From Patellaria atrata CBS 101060 (lineage: Eukaryota), in assembly GCA_010093705.1 (NCBI GenBank), contig MU006100.1:470745-534744 (forward strand): DNA of 64,000 nt, read 5' to 3'. This document shows positions 1-12,596 of the stretch, piece after piece; position 1 is the stretch's first letter; each line of letters opens with the position of its first letter. The translations under genes were made by a program, and so were the position numbers. Below the pieces are notes generated by a model. It saw only the letters and a list, made by a program, of their open reading frames with translations, searched no databases and was not told the DNA's origin.

Positions 1-1921
1 CTGTCTGGTGGAATTGTTCACACATCCCACCGAAACAATCCGAGATCCCTGCATCTGATATATTTACTCCACTTCGTTTCACTTACCGAACCTAGGCGAG
101 CCTGGCAATAATAGGGATTTGACAGGATTATATATAATCGCTTCCTCTTGACAAACGAATAGTAATGAGGGATCTTGATGACCCTCGAGTTGGGAAAAGT
201 AACATCAGGTAAAGGTACTGTACAAGTTGAAGAGATAAAAGCGAAAAGGCTTGTATTCTACGGCAACAGAAAAGGAGTGTCATGATAAACGAAAGATATC
301 ATCGAGACATTTATAAGGCATAGACGACGAAAAACTCATAGGACTGAAGAAATGTATTAGGAGAGGATGTGATGAACAGTATGGTATTGAAGGAAGTACG
401 AGAGCTGCGAAAGGATTCATATGTAAGCTGAGAACCGTGAGATAGAACTCTATGTTGGTGCACATTGGTCATCTAAACTTCTAGAGATAGTAAAAAGTGA
501 TGCAACCGCGTTGGTTGAGACAAATATGGTCAGACAGAAACAGATGTCATGGTGAGAAAAGATCGGCTTAATCATCGTGCGCTTAGACCATTAATTCTAC
601 TCGTACTTCCATACAAGGTTCCATTGCGATTGTGACGTTGCTCAGTTCATTTCAGCATCCTATACTTCCTGTCCATTGTAGCGTGATTAAAGTTGAATTA
701 AACTCTAGAAAATGGTGACTCACTGCAATCGATCCCCTCAATAGCCACGCATGACCGAGCTTCCAACGCCCGTAGTTCTATACACCTAACCTTCCTATTA
801 CGCAAACTCGTACTTTCATCGGTAGGCCCGGTGAGAAAGATATACAAAGAGACTTGGGCACTTTTCGACCAAAATCTGCTCTATTGGATTATTTGTACGA
901 TTTCCAAGCGGTCCAGCTACCCTGCACCCCGTCGTTCATCGACAGTACCCGAGCATCTTCATTCGGACTCCTACGGTTGACTTCAAACCCTGAATTACCC
1001 CTTCTATGATATACGGACTGTTCAAGGGATGGACAATCTCAGAAGAGCGTATGTGAGAGCACATCCGCTAAGCTCGATGTCTATACTACTGTTGTCTACA
1101 AAGCACTCGGGATGATGGATGACAGGATCGGAAGTATATCGCTTCTGATCACGGCTAGAAATTGCGTACTGCTAAGAGAAGTGACGTTATACCGTACTCG
1201 GGAAATTTTAGAACTGCAGCATCGAGTCTAGAGCGGCTGTAGTTTTAAGGCGGTTGGCCTTGGACAACACAACGTATTGTTCACGGCTACAGGGGGTCTA
1301 GGAAGTCTTCTTTTTGCAATTGGATATACTCTTAACAGGTTTGCGACATATCGGACGTCGAGCTGACTGCTCTGTCACTTCTACTCGATGATGCTTTTAT
1401 CCATCGTTGTTCATGTTTGCACAGGATGAAGGAGCAGAAGTATGTAAGAGTGACCTCGTTCTCCCCTTTCTTAAGCCTTGCGAGTGGGTCACGTGATCGG
1501 AGAGAAACTATAACTCTGCTACATTTGTCTCCTCTGGAACTGCCTGATTCGGGCTTCGATGTACTGTTCTATTTTAATTACTGTGTCTCAATGTTGCTTT
1601 TCAGTCGATAATTTTTAATTCCAAGATAAACAAGGCTCAGCCTCAGCCATATCTCTTTCTCTGCCTAGATCATCATCAGGTTCACGTCAACAAAATTAGC
1701 CTTGATAATAACCCTAGATCGTCACACAACAAAGCATATAAGTCTTGATTCCGCCTAAGAATATGTATCACGGTTGAAAATCTCATTCAGTTTTTCGCTT
1801 TCATGGACTCATGAAGTACTTTGCTTTGCACTATCACCTGTTGTGAGATAGACAAGAATACTGAGTTCATATTCTCACATTTTCTCTTCAGCTAAGGGGT
1901 TGACCTATTACCGGCCGAATC

Positions 1922-3520
1922 ATGGATCCAGATCATCCTTTAGACTGGAAACTAGAACTACCGGACTTTTCCGAGGAAATCGACTGGGCTACTTGCGGAA
2001 TCAATGAGATCTTCTCGGATACCTGTATTGCGTCGGGGGATTTACTCATGAGTCCTCATCTTGTGGATAATGCAATAGCTGTACATGCGGGCGAGCCCTT
2101 TGAAAATGTCGAGTTTCACTTCTACATCCGTAGTTAATCACCCTACCTACGATATGTACGATGGAGGATCTGGCCCTTGTGGGTTGGACTACTCGGATTT
2201 ATCTTTGACCGACCCTCATTTACGTACCGATATAGCCCTACACGCACTAGCATCTACTACCTTCCAGATTTCTAAGAGTGATTTTCTATTAGACCGGGAG
2301 CTACCACTATCTGACCATTCAGAAGAAACCGATTGGACTACTTGCGGAATCAACAAAATCTTCTTGGGTACCTGTATTGTGTCGAGGGATTGACTCATTG
2401 ATCCTCCTGTTGCAGAGAATAAAATAGCTGTACATACGGGCGAGTCCTTCGACGTGGACTTCACTTCCAGCTTCGCAGGTGATAACCCTACCTACGGTGT
2501 GTACGATAGAGTAACTGTACCTTTTGGGTTGGAGTATCCGATCTATCGTGGAAGGACACTCATTTACATACGGATATGCCCCCACACGCGCCGAAATCCA
2601 GCACCTTGGAGACCTCTCGGGCTGACCCTCCTACAATAACGATACCTGTAAAAGTGAAAACCCCGCTGAAACGTGTGAAAGCGTCTCGCATACCATCACG
2701 AGCAAAGGACATATTATTTACCTTCTTTGGGCGTAGTTTCTACCCGACTAAGGTAGAGGAAGCTCCGATGGACGCAATTAAGAAAAATTCTCCTGCCCCG
2801 AAGAAGGCCTCTTTGCCTCCAAATTATTTTGCAAAACCCCGGAATGCGACCTCCTTGACAGGGCGGTCCATAGCTTCATCAGCTAGACGGTCAGCGGCAT
2901 CTTCTGCTACTTCTTCGGGTGGTTTGTCGGCCGCATTGTCTGAAGCTAGCTCAGCAGCAGGTAGCTACGCAAGCGTGTCCAAATTTGAGAGAGCACCTCA
3001 CCAAGGACGTCGAATACTTGGATCAAAGATATATCCTCGGGCTAACGAATATTTGAATCGTTCGCCCGTGTCTGATGCAAAACCCAAATTCAACTGTGTG
3101 TTGTGCTACAGACCGTTCAAAACCAAGAACGACTGGAAACGACACGAAGAATTAATTTATGTGCTGTAGTACGATACATATGTGCTCTTAGCTTAAATAT
3201 CCTTAAAGAGCGCTCTTCCTGGGATGCATATCCCACTCTCATACACCTCGCTTTGCCTACATATTCATCATGTGCAAAAAAAGTCCATTGGTTATAGTCG
3301 GAGAGATAATCTCTCGGCACATATTCGAAACGTGCAAAAGATCAAAATTTCAGCAGACATCAAAGAAAAAGTTCAGGGTTGGCGGGTTCCCGTAACGCTT
3401 CCACGCAATGATCCAGCACTCTAGTGTCTGTTCTGTAGTCAACAACTTCAGTCGTGGCCTAAACGAGTTCATCACGCAGCTGACCACTTTAAGGACAGAC
3501 GCGATATATCAGAGTGGCAA
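1922..3520 (+). pseudogene. Decayed C2H2 zinc-finger transcription factor-like gene
   Basis: Fragments CVLCYRPFKTKNDWKRHEELIY, YSRRDNLSAHIRNV and AL*CLFCSQQLQSWPKRVHHAADHF resemble C-terminal fingers of fungal C2H2 TFs. Broken by stops (TAG 3167-3169, TAG 3422-3424) and frameshifts. Confidence 0.7.
1950..2550 (+). repeat. Diverged internal tandem duplication (copies about 1950-2205 and 2297-2550)
   Basis: ELPDFSEEIDWATCGINEIFSDTCIASGD vs ELPLSDHSEETDWTTCGINKIFLGTCIVSRD; shared DNA blocks ctacttgcggaatcaa, aatagctgtacat and accctacctacg. Confidence 0.85.
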
Positions 3521-6326
3521 TGGGCCACAATGGACAAAGAAATTGGCGGTTTTCTCATAACAGCACCACAGGAACACGATCCAGGCTCTTAGTACATGAC
3601 TGGCGGTGTAGCTTCTTCTCGCCTCATTTCCTCGCATGTGAGCGATACTTATGGAGGACAAGAGTCAAGCCCACGTTGAGGTTGTTTAGCAGATAGTTAC
3701 TCCCAGGGGCGGTATAGCAGAGTTTCAACGTAAGAGTATGGATATGTGGTCTGAAGTGGGCTCATTGGATGATGAGGTCTCCTTTTGTTCAGATAATCAT
3801 TAAAGCGTCATAGTCCTGGGTCAGCGAGACTGTGCTGGCACTTGTGAAAAATGCACTCAGGGAGTATCCGCTGAAAAAAGGCACAGGAAGCGCTCATGAC
3901 TTGTATTACGTTTATCCATTATGATAGTCATTAGTAGTTACAGAATGAATACCTTTCTCGTTATTAATGCTAGTTCTAGATCAATTGTGATATATGCTAC
4001 TCTGTCGCGGGTTTTATCCCTTCGTCTTTGCCCCTTGCTAGATCAAACATATTGTCGAGGTGTACGCATGTAAAGTCAAGATCTCGATGATCTGTATACC
4101 TCGTTTGATCATATGCATATGAGTCCTCCTTACGTTCCCTTCATCCAGTATAGCAGTGTCAAAAATAGTGGGAGTAGTGAGGGTCCAGTATGGAATCTAT
4201 ACGGATAACTTTCTTGTACAGCTGAGAGCTCCCTATATGCTCTCCAATTCTTCGTTTACTCCGCTCGAGAATGATTTGAAGAGAAAACGTACGGTATGCT
4301 TACCTATATAAGTAAGGAATTTTCAAGGGTGAGGGTTTCCCCGTACGTTCTCACGTTAGTTTGATATTGAAGTTAGAACCCTTCCCAACCGGCAGCGAAT
4401 AGTCTACTGATCTATATGGGCAGAGTATTGGTACGGCCGAGCATATGCAGTAAGCTTTCGCCTTTCTTATGACAGACTCAAAGACAACCTCACGAGTTAG
4501 CGTATAGTAGGCAGGGTGATACGCGGAGATTATGTGTCTGAAAGGGAATTGTTTGTATATTCCTGCTTTCCTTATACAACAAAGTCAAGCACAGTTTGAA
4601 AAAAGAATGTACAGTAGACGAGTTTCTAGAATTAGGTAATCTGTACGGCCATGAGTGTCTGGTACGATCTGACCTTTCCTGTACAGCAGAGTCAAATAAA
4701 GCCCTACATATGAGGATATAGCACCCGGATCTATGTTTTCAGCTTACGTGCGCGATTGGAAATTCTCTAATGTTCACGTGTTTCCTGTACAGTACAGTCA
4801 GGAACAGCGTCAATAAGGAGAGAACGGTAAGGTAGCATATCCACGACCAGGACCTTACAATATTCGGGAGTATATAAAAAATAAATCGGATGATATCTGT
4901 TGATACTATGAGCTCTGGTGAAGACTGAGTTTGACCTTGTCCTTTCAATGTATGGGTCGGAAAGGGACGAGATATCCAGGATACCAGTCAACCCATTTAT
5001 AGATACTCCACGGGGGTTATTGCAGCTATGATTCTACCATGAGTGGAGGTGTACCCTACTTTACTGAGACCCGGTTCAACTTCTCATCTCGTACGACTTT
5101 TGGGGACTATATGCCTCTCCTATGATCTTAGATGTACTCTGTACGTGTAAGTTTCTTTCCTCTTAAATCCAGTACGATTTTGTACACTCCAGTGATTGGT
5201 TAGGAGCTATGGAAGGGTATGTTTGCCTTCACCTCGAAACTGACACCCAAGAATCAAGAAGCTTTGTAAGAGAGAGATGAAAGTGCGTTTTGATTAGGGT
5301 TTTAATGCGCCGTCATTGAAGAGTAGCCAACCGTCAGGGAGTCTTTCAAACCTTAATCATTACTGTACAGTACAGAACAAGGTACGAAGTCTCTCTCCTA
5401 TATCCCTAGTTAGAGAAGAGATTTACGTAAATAAAAGTTTCCGAGTACTATTAATCAAGTAGTCAAGTCCGTTCTAGGGGTTGGAAGTGAAAGTTGCCGC
5501 CTCCTGGAACAAGTGAGGTGGTGTAGCATGGGCTGAGGCTGAACAATGCGCCTTGGCAAAAACCGCGGGAGCATCATCCGCAACATCTTGGCTTCTCACC
5601 TACAGTTTCAAAACCGCAGACGCGTGAGTTTCCCATCTCACTCCACGATAATCGATGTTATGATGATGTTTTTGATTCGTTTGACAACGAATTTGAATCG
5701 CATACTTCTACCCTGTCATGGAATGTGAGCGCCACTACAAGGCCTCCTATTCGAATCAAGCTTCATCCCGCCGTCTCGACCTGCCTTTGCGTTTTTAATG
5801 AAGTCTATCACATATTCACGGCGCTTTTTCTAAAGGAGCATCATTGATCTTGGGGGTATCGCGTTTGAGGTTATCCCCGATGGACATTCTTGGCTATTTT
5901 CAGACAATAGTGAACATGAGTCTCCACTTGGGGCGCTGGAACGGCGACAATTTCGCTATGGAGTACGCGTGGTCAGGTTGACCAACATAATCTGGCCCTT
6001 GTGGTCCCCAAAGAAGGAGTTCTGCAATGAAGATGAGGCTCCAAATGGGAAGTATAGGGTCTATTCTTGGAACACTCTATGTTTCCTTAGCAGCTGCCTT
6101 TCCTTGCTCACGTTTTCTGATTTGCTTTTCCGCCCAGCTATATACCAAAGACCGTCCTACTCACATTGCTTTCATATGGTCTATATTCGTTAGTCTAAAA
6201 AACAATCTTTCATTCTCCGTCTTGCTGCTGGCCGGATTTATCTTGCTTGCGCTGGCCGCCTTCTTGTCCATACATTTAATTGATTAACTTTATATAATTG
6301 CGCAGCATCGACATTTTCCCAACACC

Positions 6327-9300
6327 ATGATTGGAATGACTGAAGGTGTTTGTCCATTCTCTGGAGGACAGAGTACGAGGTCAGCCTCTGAAGCTGGCCC
6401 TGTTCGACGAGGACCCCGGGGATGTGCATTCGCAGGCTTCGGGGCTAATTGCCCATTACCTTCCGCATACTCAGATGTTAGTATCACTATAGCACCGCGT
6501 ATATATATCTAATCAAGTTAGGACCCTCATGAAGTTGAGAGACTTCATCTCCACGAACGTCGAACCATAAACGAAATGTTGCTACCAGAAGCACCACCAC
6601 GCGAGCTTACCAAAGGAATGAAGAATGCAGATAGCTTACCACCGGAAGATGATGCGGTTCTGGCCGTTGCTCTAGGAGCTCCTGCGCGTCGAGTCCTTAT
6701 GCGTGCTGAAGAGATAGGACCTCGTACCGGGTGGAAGGATGGCTACCTGTCCGCTACCCATGGCTTTTGTGCCCCGGATCCATCGGACTCCCCAGTCGCG
6801 CTTCGTGCATCTCCAGGACGTGTGTGGTCAGACCTTTGCGAAAGGATGCCTGGTGTCGTCGCCCGCGGGAACATGCGAAACTCAATTCTAGCTTTACCTT
6901 TGATCTATGCCACTCCGGATGTGATACCGGATCGTGCTCTTTGGGCTGCTACTGTGTGTCTTGGGATTCTAGCTAGTACATATAGGTATGAAGAACGAAA
7001 CGACGGTAGTGAGGGTATCAGTGTTACGCCGCCACCGGGAACGTTCCGCAACATAACAGGAGATGCCGATGATGAAGAGGAGGAAACAAAGGGTATCCCA
7101 AGGAATATCGCTATTCCCTTGAAACAAGCTTGTGTCCGAATGGGGAGGCCTCTTCCTCATTTGACTCAATTTGATGTTAGCATTTATAATTTTAAGATCA
7201 GGGATCCCACCAGCGTCCATCCTTATGTTGCTAGATCGGAGAATATGGACCTCAGATGGCCAGTTAGTGGCCCACATCCTTATTCAAGTAATAGTCTAAC
7301 ATAAAGGATAGGTATTCAATGACCGCGGTGAGGCTATGTTTCTTCTATGCATGGCTGAGGTTCATGGATGCTTCGTTCCCGGTGTCGAAATTGTCACTCG
7401 TTGTCAAGAAGCTGTTATGAACCGCGACAAGGAAGGTCTGCTCCGCGAAATGGTGAAGTTGAAAGCTTTGATCGATCAGTTACCATTCATCTTCCATAAG
7501 ATTAGTGTGAATCCCAATTCAGGAGAGAACTTTGCCAATCCTGTAGAGTGGGGCCAAAGGTGAGATTCAGCATAACGGATTACGAAGAACTCGTAATTAA
7601 CTTCATTAGATACGCCAAATGGTCAGCACCTCTTTCTCGGCGTGTGCCAGCACTCAGCGGGTTAGCCCTACCATTATTCCTGCTCATGGATGCCTTTCTG
7701 GGCAGAACAAAATACACTTCATTTTTGGGAATCGAAGCAGTACATCTCCGGAGATGGCTACCACTGAATATTAGAGCATTTATTGCAGCAATCGAGACAA
7801 GCTACAAGATCCCCGAATTTATCAATAACTCCAACGATTCTCGTCTAGAGGGTATTCTCGAAGGCTTGATTGAATCTTATGCCGGCGAGCGTGGATTCAT
7901 GGGCACGCATCGATACAAGGTCTACGGCTTTCTAGAAGTAGTTGCAAAAACGGGTAGAACGGAGACTAATGGTAATGCAGGAGCTGGAGATTCGGAGGGA
8001 CGGTACGTTAGATCACCCTATATGCAAAAGAACTTCCCTAACGAATGTTTAGTGCATGGGAAGAAGTTCATAGAACGCTCTCTGATTCGATGAAAGAGCG
8101 ACTTGATCCATACCGAGGCGCTGTAGCAGTTCAACCTCACGAGATGCGAGGCTCTTTTGAGGAATGCAGATTCAAAGCACGGATTCTTGAACGACAAAAT
8201 ATCGACAATGACTCCGCAAGATCCACAGGAATGGTTACTTTCGACTTACAGGGAAGTGGAATAACATTTCAACCAGGTGATCGGCTCGCAGTTATGCCTT
8301 TCAATAATGCAACTGAAGTTGATAAGATGGCTGCGGCCCTCGGGCTCGACGAGCTCATGGACGTAATCGTACCTGTGGAGAAAGGGTCCGAATGGGCTCG
8401 CTTTTCTCGACATCTAGGAGTCGTCTCTCGAGCACCTATTGCAGGCTTAACTGTTAGGGATATTCTGAAAAGGGGTCATCTTGCGCCACTTACCAAGGAC
8501 TTAGTGATGGCGTTCCATATGGCTCTTCGCGCTTCATCTCGGACCATCTTGAAAGTTTTAGCTTCAGAAGAATGGCCGGTTCCTGGGAGTGTGGGTGATC
8601 TGTTGCAAAAGGCGATTGGAGAAGTACCAGGCCCTGTTTGGGATCAAGCGTTCGAATTGGTGGATCTTTCTTGGCTTCCTAAAATGATTCCACTGGAGGT
8701 TCCTCGTACATACAGTATCTCCAACTACTCACCTGAGCTGCTACCCAGCATGATAGACCTAACAGTTTCCCGGACTGAACGGGCAATCCACCCAGCTCTA
8801 GAACAGACTGAAGGCAAGACTACATCATGTGGCATCAGCAGTGGTTTCTTGAATCCAAAGCCAAAGACAGTTGGGTATCCTACTTCTTTGAACGACGAAG
8901 GGGTCCTCATCGGCATCTCCCGCCCGATAAACTTCCAACTTCCTCCATCTACCACTGCTCCAGTAGCAATGTTCGCTGGCGGCTCAGGAATTGCACCTTT
9001 CCGTGGCTTCTGGCAGGCGCGAGTTCACAATGGAATTGGCAGGAACGTCTTGTTCTTGGGTATCCAATCCCGCGAAAAATTCGTCTATGAAGATGAACTC
9101 CGCTCGCTTGTTCAGGAGGGTTCACTCGAGCTACATCTCGCTTTCTCTCGTGATAGACGTGGGCTCGTATACGATCCAATGTCTAGAGAATTAATTGAGC
9201 GAGATATGGAACCTCATTACATTGACTCTACTATCGTTGAACAAGGACGTATCGTTAGCGAGTTGGTCATGTCGAAGAGTCAAGGTGGACAAGCTGGCTA

Positions 9301-11441
9301 TCTTTACGTTTGTGGCTCAGTTTCTGTATATGAGACTGTCATGTCGGGTATCCGGAAAGCTATCTATCAATACTCAGCTGCTACGTCTGATACTGCTGAC
9401 GCTATCCTGGCATCCGCATTCGCTGAAAGACGATTTATGCTAGGTAAGTGATTGATTCGGTCTCTCCTATCCGAATACGCTAATATAAGTAGATATCTTT
9501 ATGACACCACGTCCTATGTCCTATAAGATGCCGACAATTTCTTTATCGCAACTCGCAAGGAATACGGGTCACAGAAAGGGCTCTAGAATGTGGATCGGTG
9601 TCCATGGAGGAGTGTACGATGTAACTGACTTCCTCGACATACACCCCGGTGGTACACTCATTGTAGCTGCAAGTGCTGGACTGGACGCAACCAAAACATT
9701 CGATGATCTTGCACATACCTCCAATCCTGAGGTCTCCAGTCTCCTTTCAAAATACTTCATCGGACATCTTGCCACCAAACCGGATTTCCGCTCGCCTGAG
9801 TTGAGCGATTTGTACAATGTTTTTTATCAGTACCTAAGGACCTGTGTTGAGAGCCTAACAACGTTATTCTTTGAAGCGAACCATATCTTAGAAAATTCGA
9901 AGGTTTGGTTTCAAGGCGGATTGCTCAATATAGGAGGTGTTCGGAAGTTCTACCAGTTTCAGAGTCGATTGATGCAAAATGGTTTCTCTACGCTTTTCGG
10001 TGGCAAGCTCCAGGAAATATACCTCAAACTTTCCTTCACACTCGCTAGCGCAGGAGCACCAAATGTCCAACTGCCGGATGTCATTGGTACAATCACTCGA
10101 GCTCAGTCATCCCACGATGCCGCTATAGCCTCGAAAGAGATTTCTCAGATAGGCCAGTTCGTGTGCAACAGCAGCAAAACCGCACAGTTCCATGAGAACG
10201 GTATCATCGAATATGCTCAAGCCGTCACTGAGATGGACATCACTTTTTTGGAACACATCCGTGATGAAGTCTGTATGGGAATGGATGCATTCGACTCCTT
10301 AGCATCGATGGAAGAATCCAGTTCGCGCAAACAAGTGAAGCTATCCGCTTTCCTCCTCACTGTGCTTGAGCGCATTGCCAAACGTCTAGAGTCTTTCTAT
10401 GCATCTCTCGCTCAACAATCAATATATAGACCCGAGATAGAACTCAACCCGGCGCGTTCCCGCTGGAATATGCTACGGCGCAAGATCTTCGACGGGTCCC
10501 TCTTCATCCTTGCACAGGTTCCCCAACTCGACCATCACGACACTCGCGGCTCAATTTTCCGGCCCGGTGCTACGTCCACCGATGTTGATTTCACTCACGT
10601 CTTTGAGAGCGTGCAAAGGGCCCTCCGCGCTGATACCTCGGTCTCCTTTAATGCCATTGCTTCCGAGCCAAAGCGCCTTGCTGATGCTCATACGGCACGT
10701 GCGAACACAAACGCCAGCGCCGCAAGCACGTTCGAGACTCGTGAAAATGCAGCAGCGCTTCGCCAACTTGGCGCTTTCATCTCAGAAAACGCGTCCTCCA
10801 TTCGCCGCCTTAGCCGCATTCCCGCTGCGTACGACTTTGATCAGATCATGGCCGCGTACGGGGAGAAGTCGCCCAGCTCTCCCCACCATGTGCGCACTCG
10901 TTCCGGCCTCAGTTCTACTTCAATGCCGAGACAGAAGGTGCAGACACCGCCTTCCCAACTTTCACCACCGTTGCAGAATGGAACGCTGAACCGAAGGGCT
11001 CCTCCAGCTGAGTCGAGTCCTCCAGCTCCCCTATTTACAAATGAGAATGCCACCACAACAGCTACCACGGCACCAGCACCCCTCCACCGCCGTCAACCAA
11101 CTCCCACCTCATCGCTTCCTCAACCCAAAACTTCACCCCCTCTCCCCATTTTACACAGGCGCGCCCCTCCCTCCACATCCGTAACTTCCGCGTCCCAACC
11201 TCGTCGACAAGGATCCAATGAGTCCATGTCCTCGGCCTACCGTGCGGCGGCGTCCGTGGCTGGGAGCTTGCCAGGCACATTGGTGAGTGGAGGTGCGAAG
11301 GGTAGGGCGATGGGAGTGGGTGGACCGTTTCCAGTCCGAACTTACACGACTGCAGGACAGGGGCCTGGATTAAGGGCATTGAGGTTAGGCGCGGGTACGG
11401 GCCCTGGTGGGATAGAGAGGAAGGTTCAGGTTAGGGAATAG
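6327..11441 (+). CDS. IDO/PrnB-like heme dioxygenase fused to FAD/NAD(P)H reductase and cytochrome b5 (1623 aa)
   Basis: join(6327..6476,6522..7262,7312..7559,7610..8002,8053..9443,9493..11441), all GT-AG introns, frame preserved, 4872 nt. IDO-like motifs: IPRNIAIPL..MGRPLPHLT..YNF, LRRWLP..RAFI, FMGTHRYKV. Reductase motifs: PRTYSIS, GISSGFL, AGGSGIAPFRGF, YVCGS. b5 motif: WIGVHGGVYDVTDFLDIHPGG...DATKTFDDLAH. Confidence 0.9.
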
Positions 11442-12426
11442 GTTAGATGGGTTGAATCTGGATGTGTAGATGTTGAGGTTTTGAGATATATTAGCTACAT
11501 GCGCGGGTTTGATATAGACTTTTCGTTCAACTTAAATTGCTTTTTACGTGTTATGTCATCATGGTGATCGTAATTGGCGCTCATTTGTGCGCATGTCGAA
11601 GAATCCACTCTCTTCCCAGCGCTAAAAACTATGACCGCGATGTTCTCCGATTTTTCTTTCTCTTCATTTGATGTTTCATGAGAGGTACGAGATTCGCTGT
11701 TGCTGTTCTTTGGTTTATGCTGCTTTATTCCATTCCTTTCGCAGTCCCTTCGCGTTTATACACTCTGAGCGATTCGTAACCGTCCATTCATAGAGCTCTG
11801 TGTAAATGATCCACATCGGATTCCCTAGGAAGGGAAGAACAGCTATGCAGCCAAGTTTTATGAAAGCATTTCGTAGCGCGTACGGGGTTATGTAGAGTGT
11901 TCTCTCTGCGGGTTTACAGGATGGTTTATTGCGGAGTTGATATAGGAGTGTTCGTAAGCTATTTGGCTTAGATGAAGTTAAATCGCGACTCGCAGGGCCT
12001 AGGAAGTGGAATGTGATCTAGGTGACTGTGAGGTTTAAAGGTCAGATTTTCAACTGTTTTTGGTTGTAAGATGCGGAAGAATCATGGTTGTCTCAAACAG
12101 TTCGTCACTGGTGTTTTCTGCGAGAGGGTTGTAAACTGGATGGAATCTCAGTGGAATGAGAGCAGGATAGGTATGACGTAGAACCAGCGATTGTCTGGTA
12201 AAAGAGGATTCCCTTAGAGATATATAGATTGCATGGAAACCGCTTAATAAAAACCAACGTTATTTTTGAATGTAGACTTGAAGATTTGCACCCAAGCACT
12301 CAAGAGACACCAACGGTCTTCACGACCTCCCGCAACGTATCCATTCACCCAGATCCCATGACCAAATTCACCAAACACTCTTGCACCTTAAAAACGACTC
12401 CTGCGCAGAATTTTTATAATAACCCA

Positions 12427-12596
12427 GGGCCTGTGGCGTAGTGGTGGGCAACTCACCCACCACACCGATCGGCCGTATACAGCACGTCCTGGGTTCGATC
12501 CTGCGAGGGGGCGAAAAGCCCCCATATCCCCTTCGGGCCCGAAGTTTGAGGGCAGCAGATGTACCACGCTCTCTCGGGGGCGTGGGAACTGTTTTT
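12427..12596 (+). ncRNA. Putative structured Pol III-type ncRNA or tRNA-headed SINE, copy 1
   Basis: A box TGGCGTAGTGG, B box GGTTCGATCC (12492-12501), four hairpins, T-run terminator from 12592; no tRNA acceptor stem found. Confidence 0.6.

Noticed and set aside
3600..5500. Transposon remnant
   Set aside because: TA-rich and ORF-poor, but I could not identify transposase, RT, LTR or TIR sequence.
6027..6287. Hydrophobic 86-aa ORF upstream of the dioxygenase fusion
   Set aside because: No recognisable motif; hydrophobicity is explained by T-rich promoter/UTR sequence.
6327..11441. Nitric oxide synthase or P450-reductase fusion
   Set aside because: No NOS oxygenase or P450 Cys-heme motif and no FMN domain; the N-terminus looks IDO/PrnB-like.
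12427..12510. tRNA gene
   Set aside because: A and B boxes are present, but no acceptor-stem pairing or proper D/anticodon arms; treated as a Pol III-type element.
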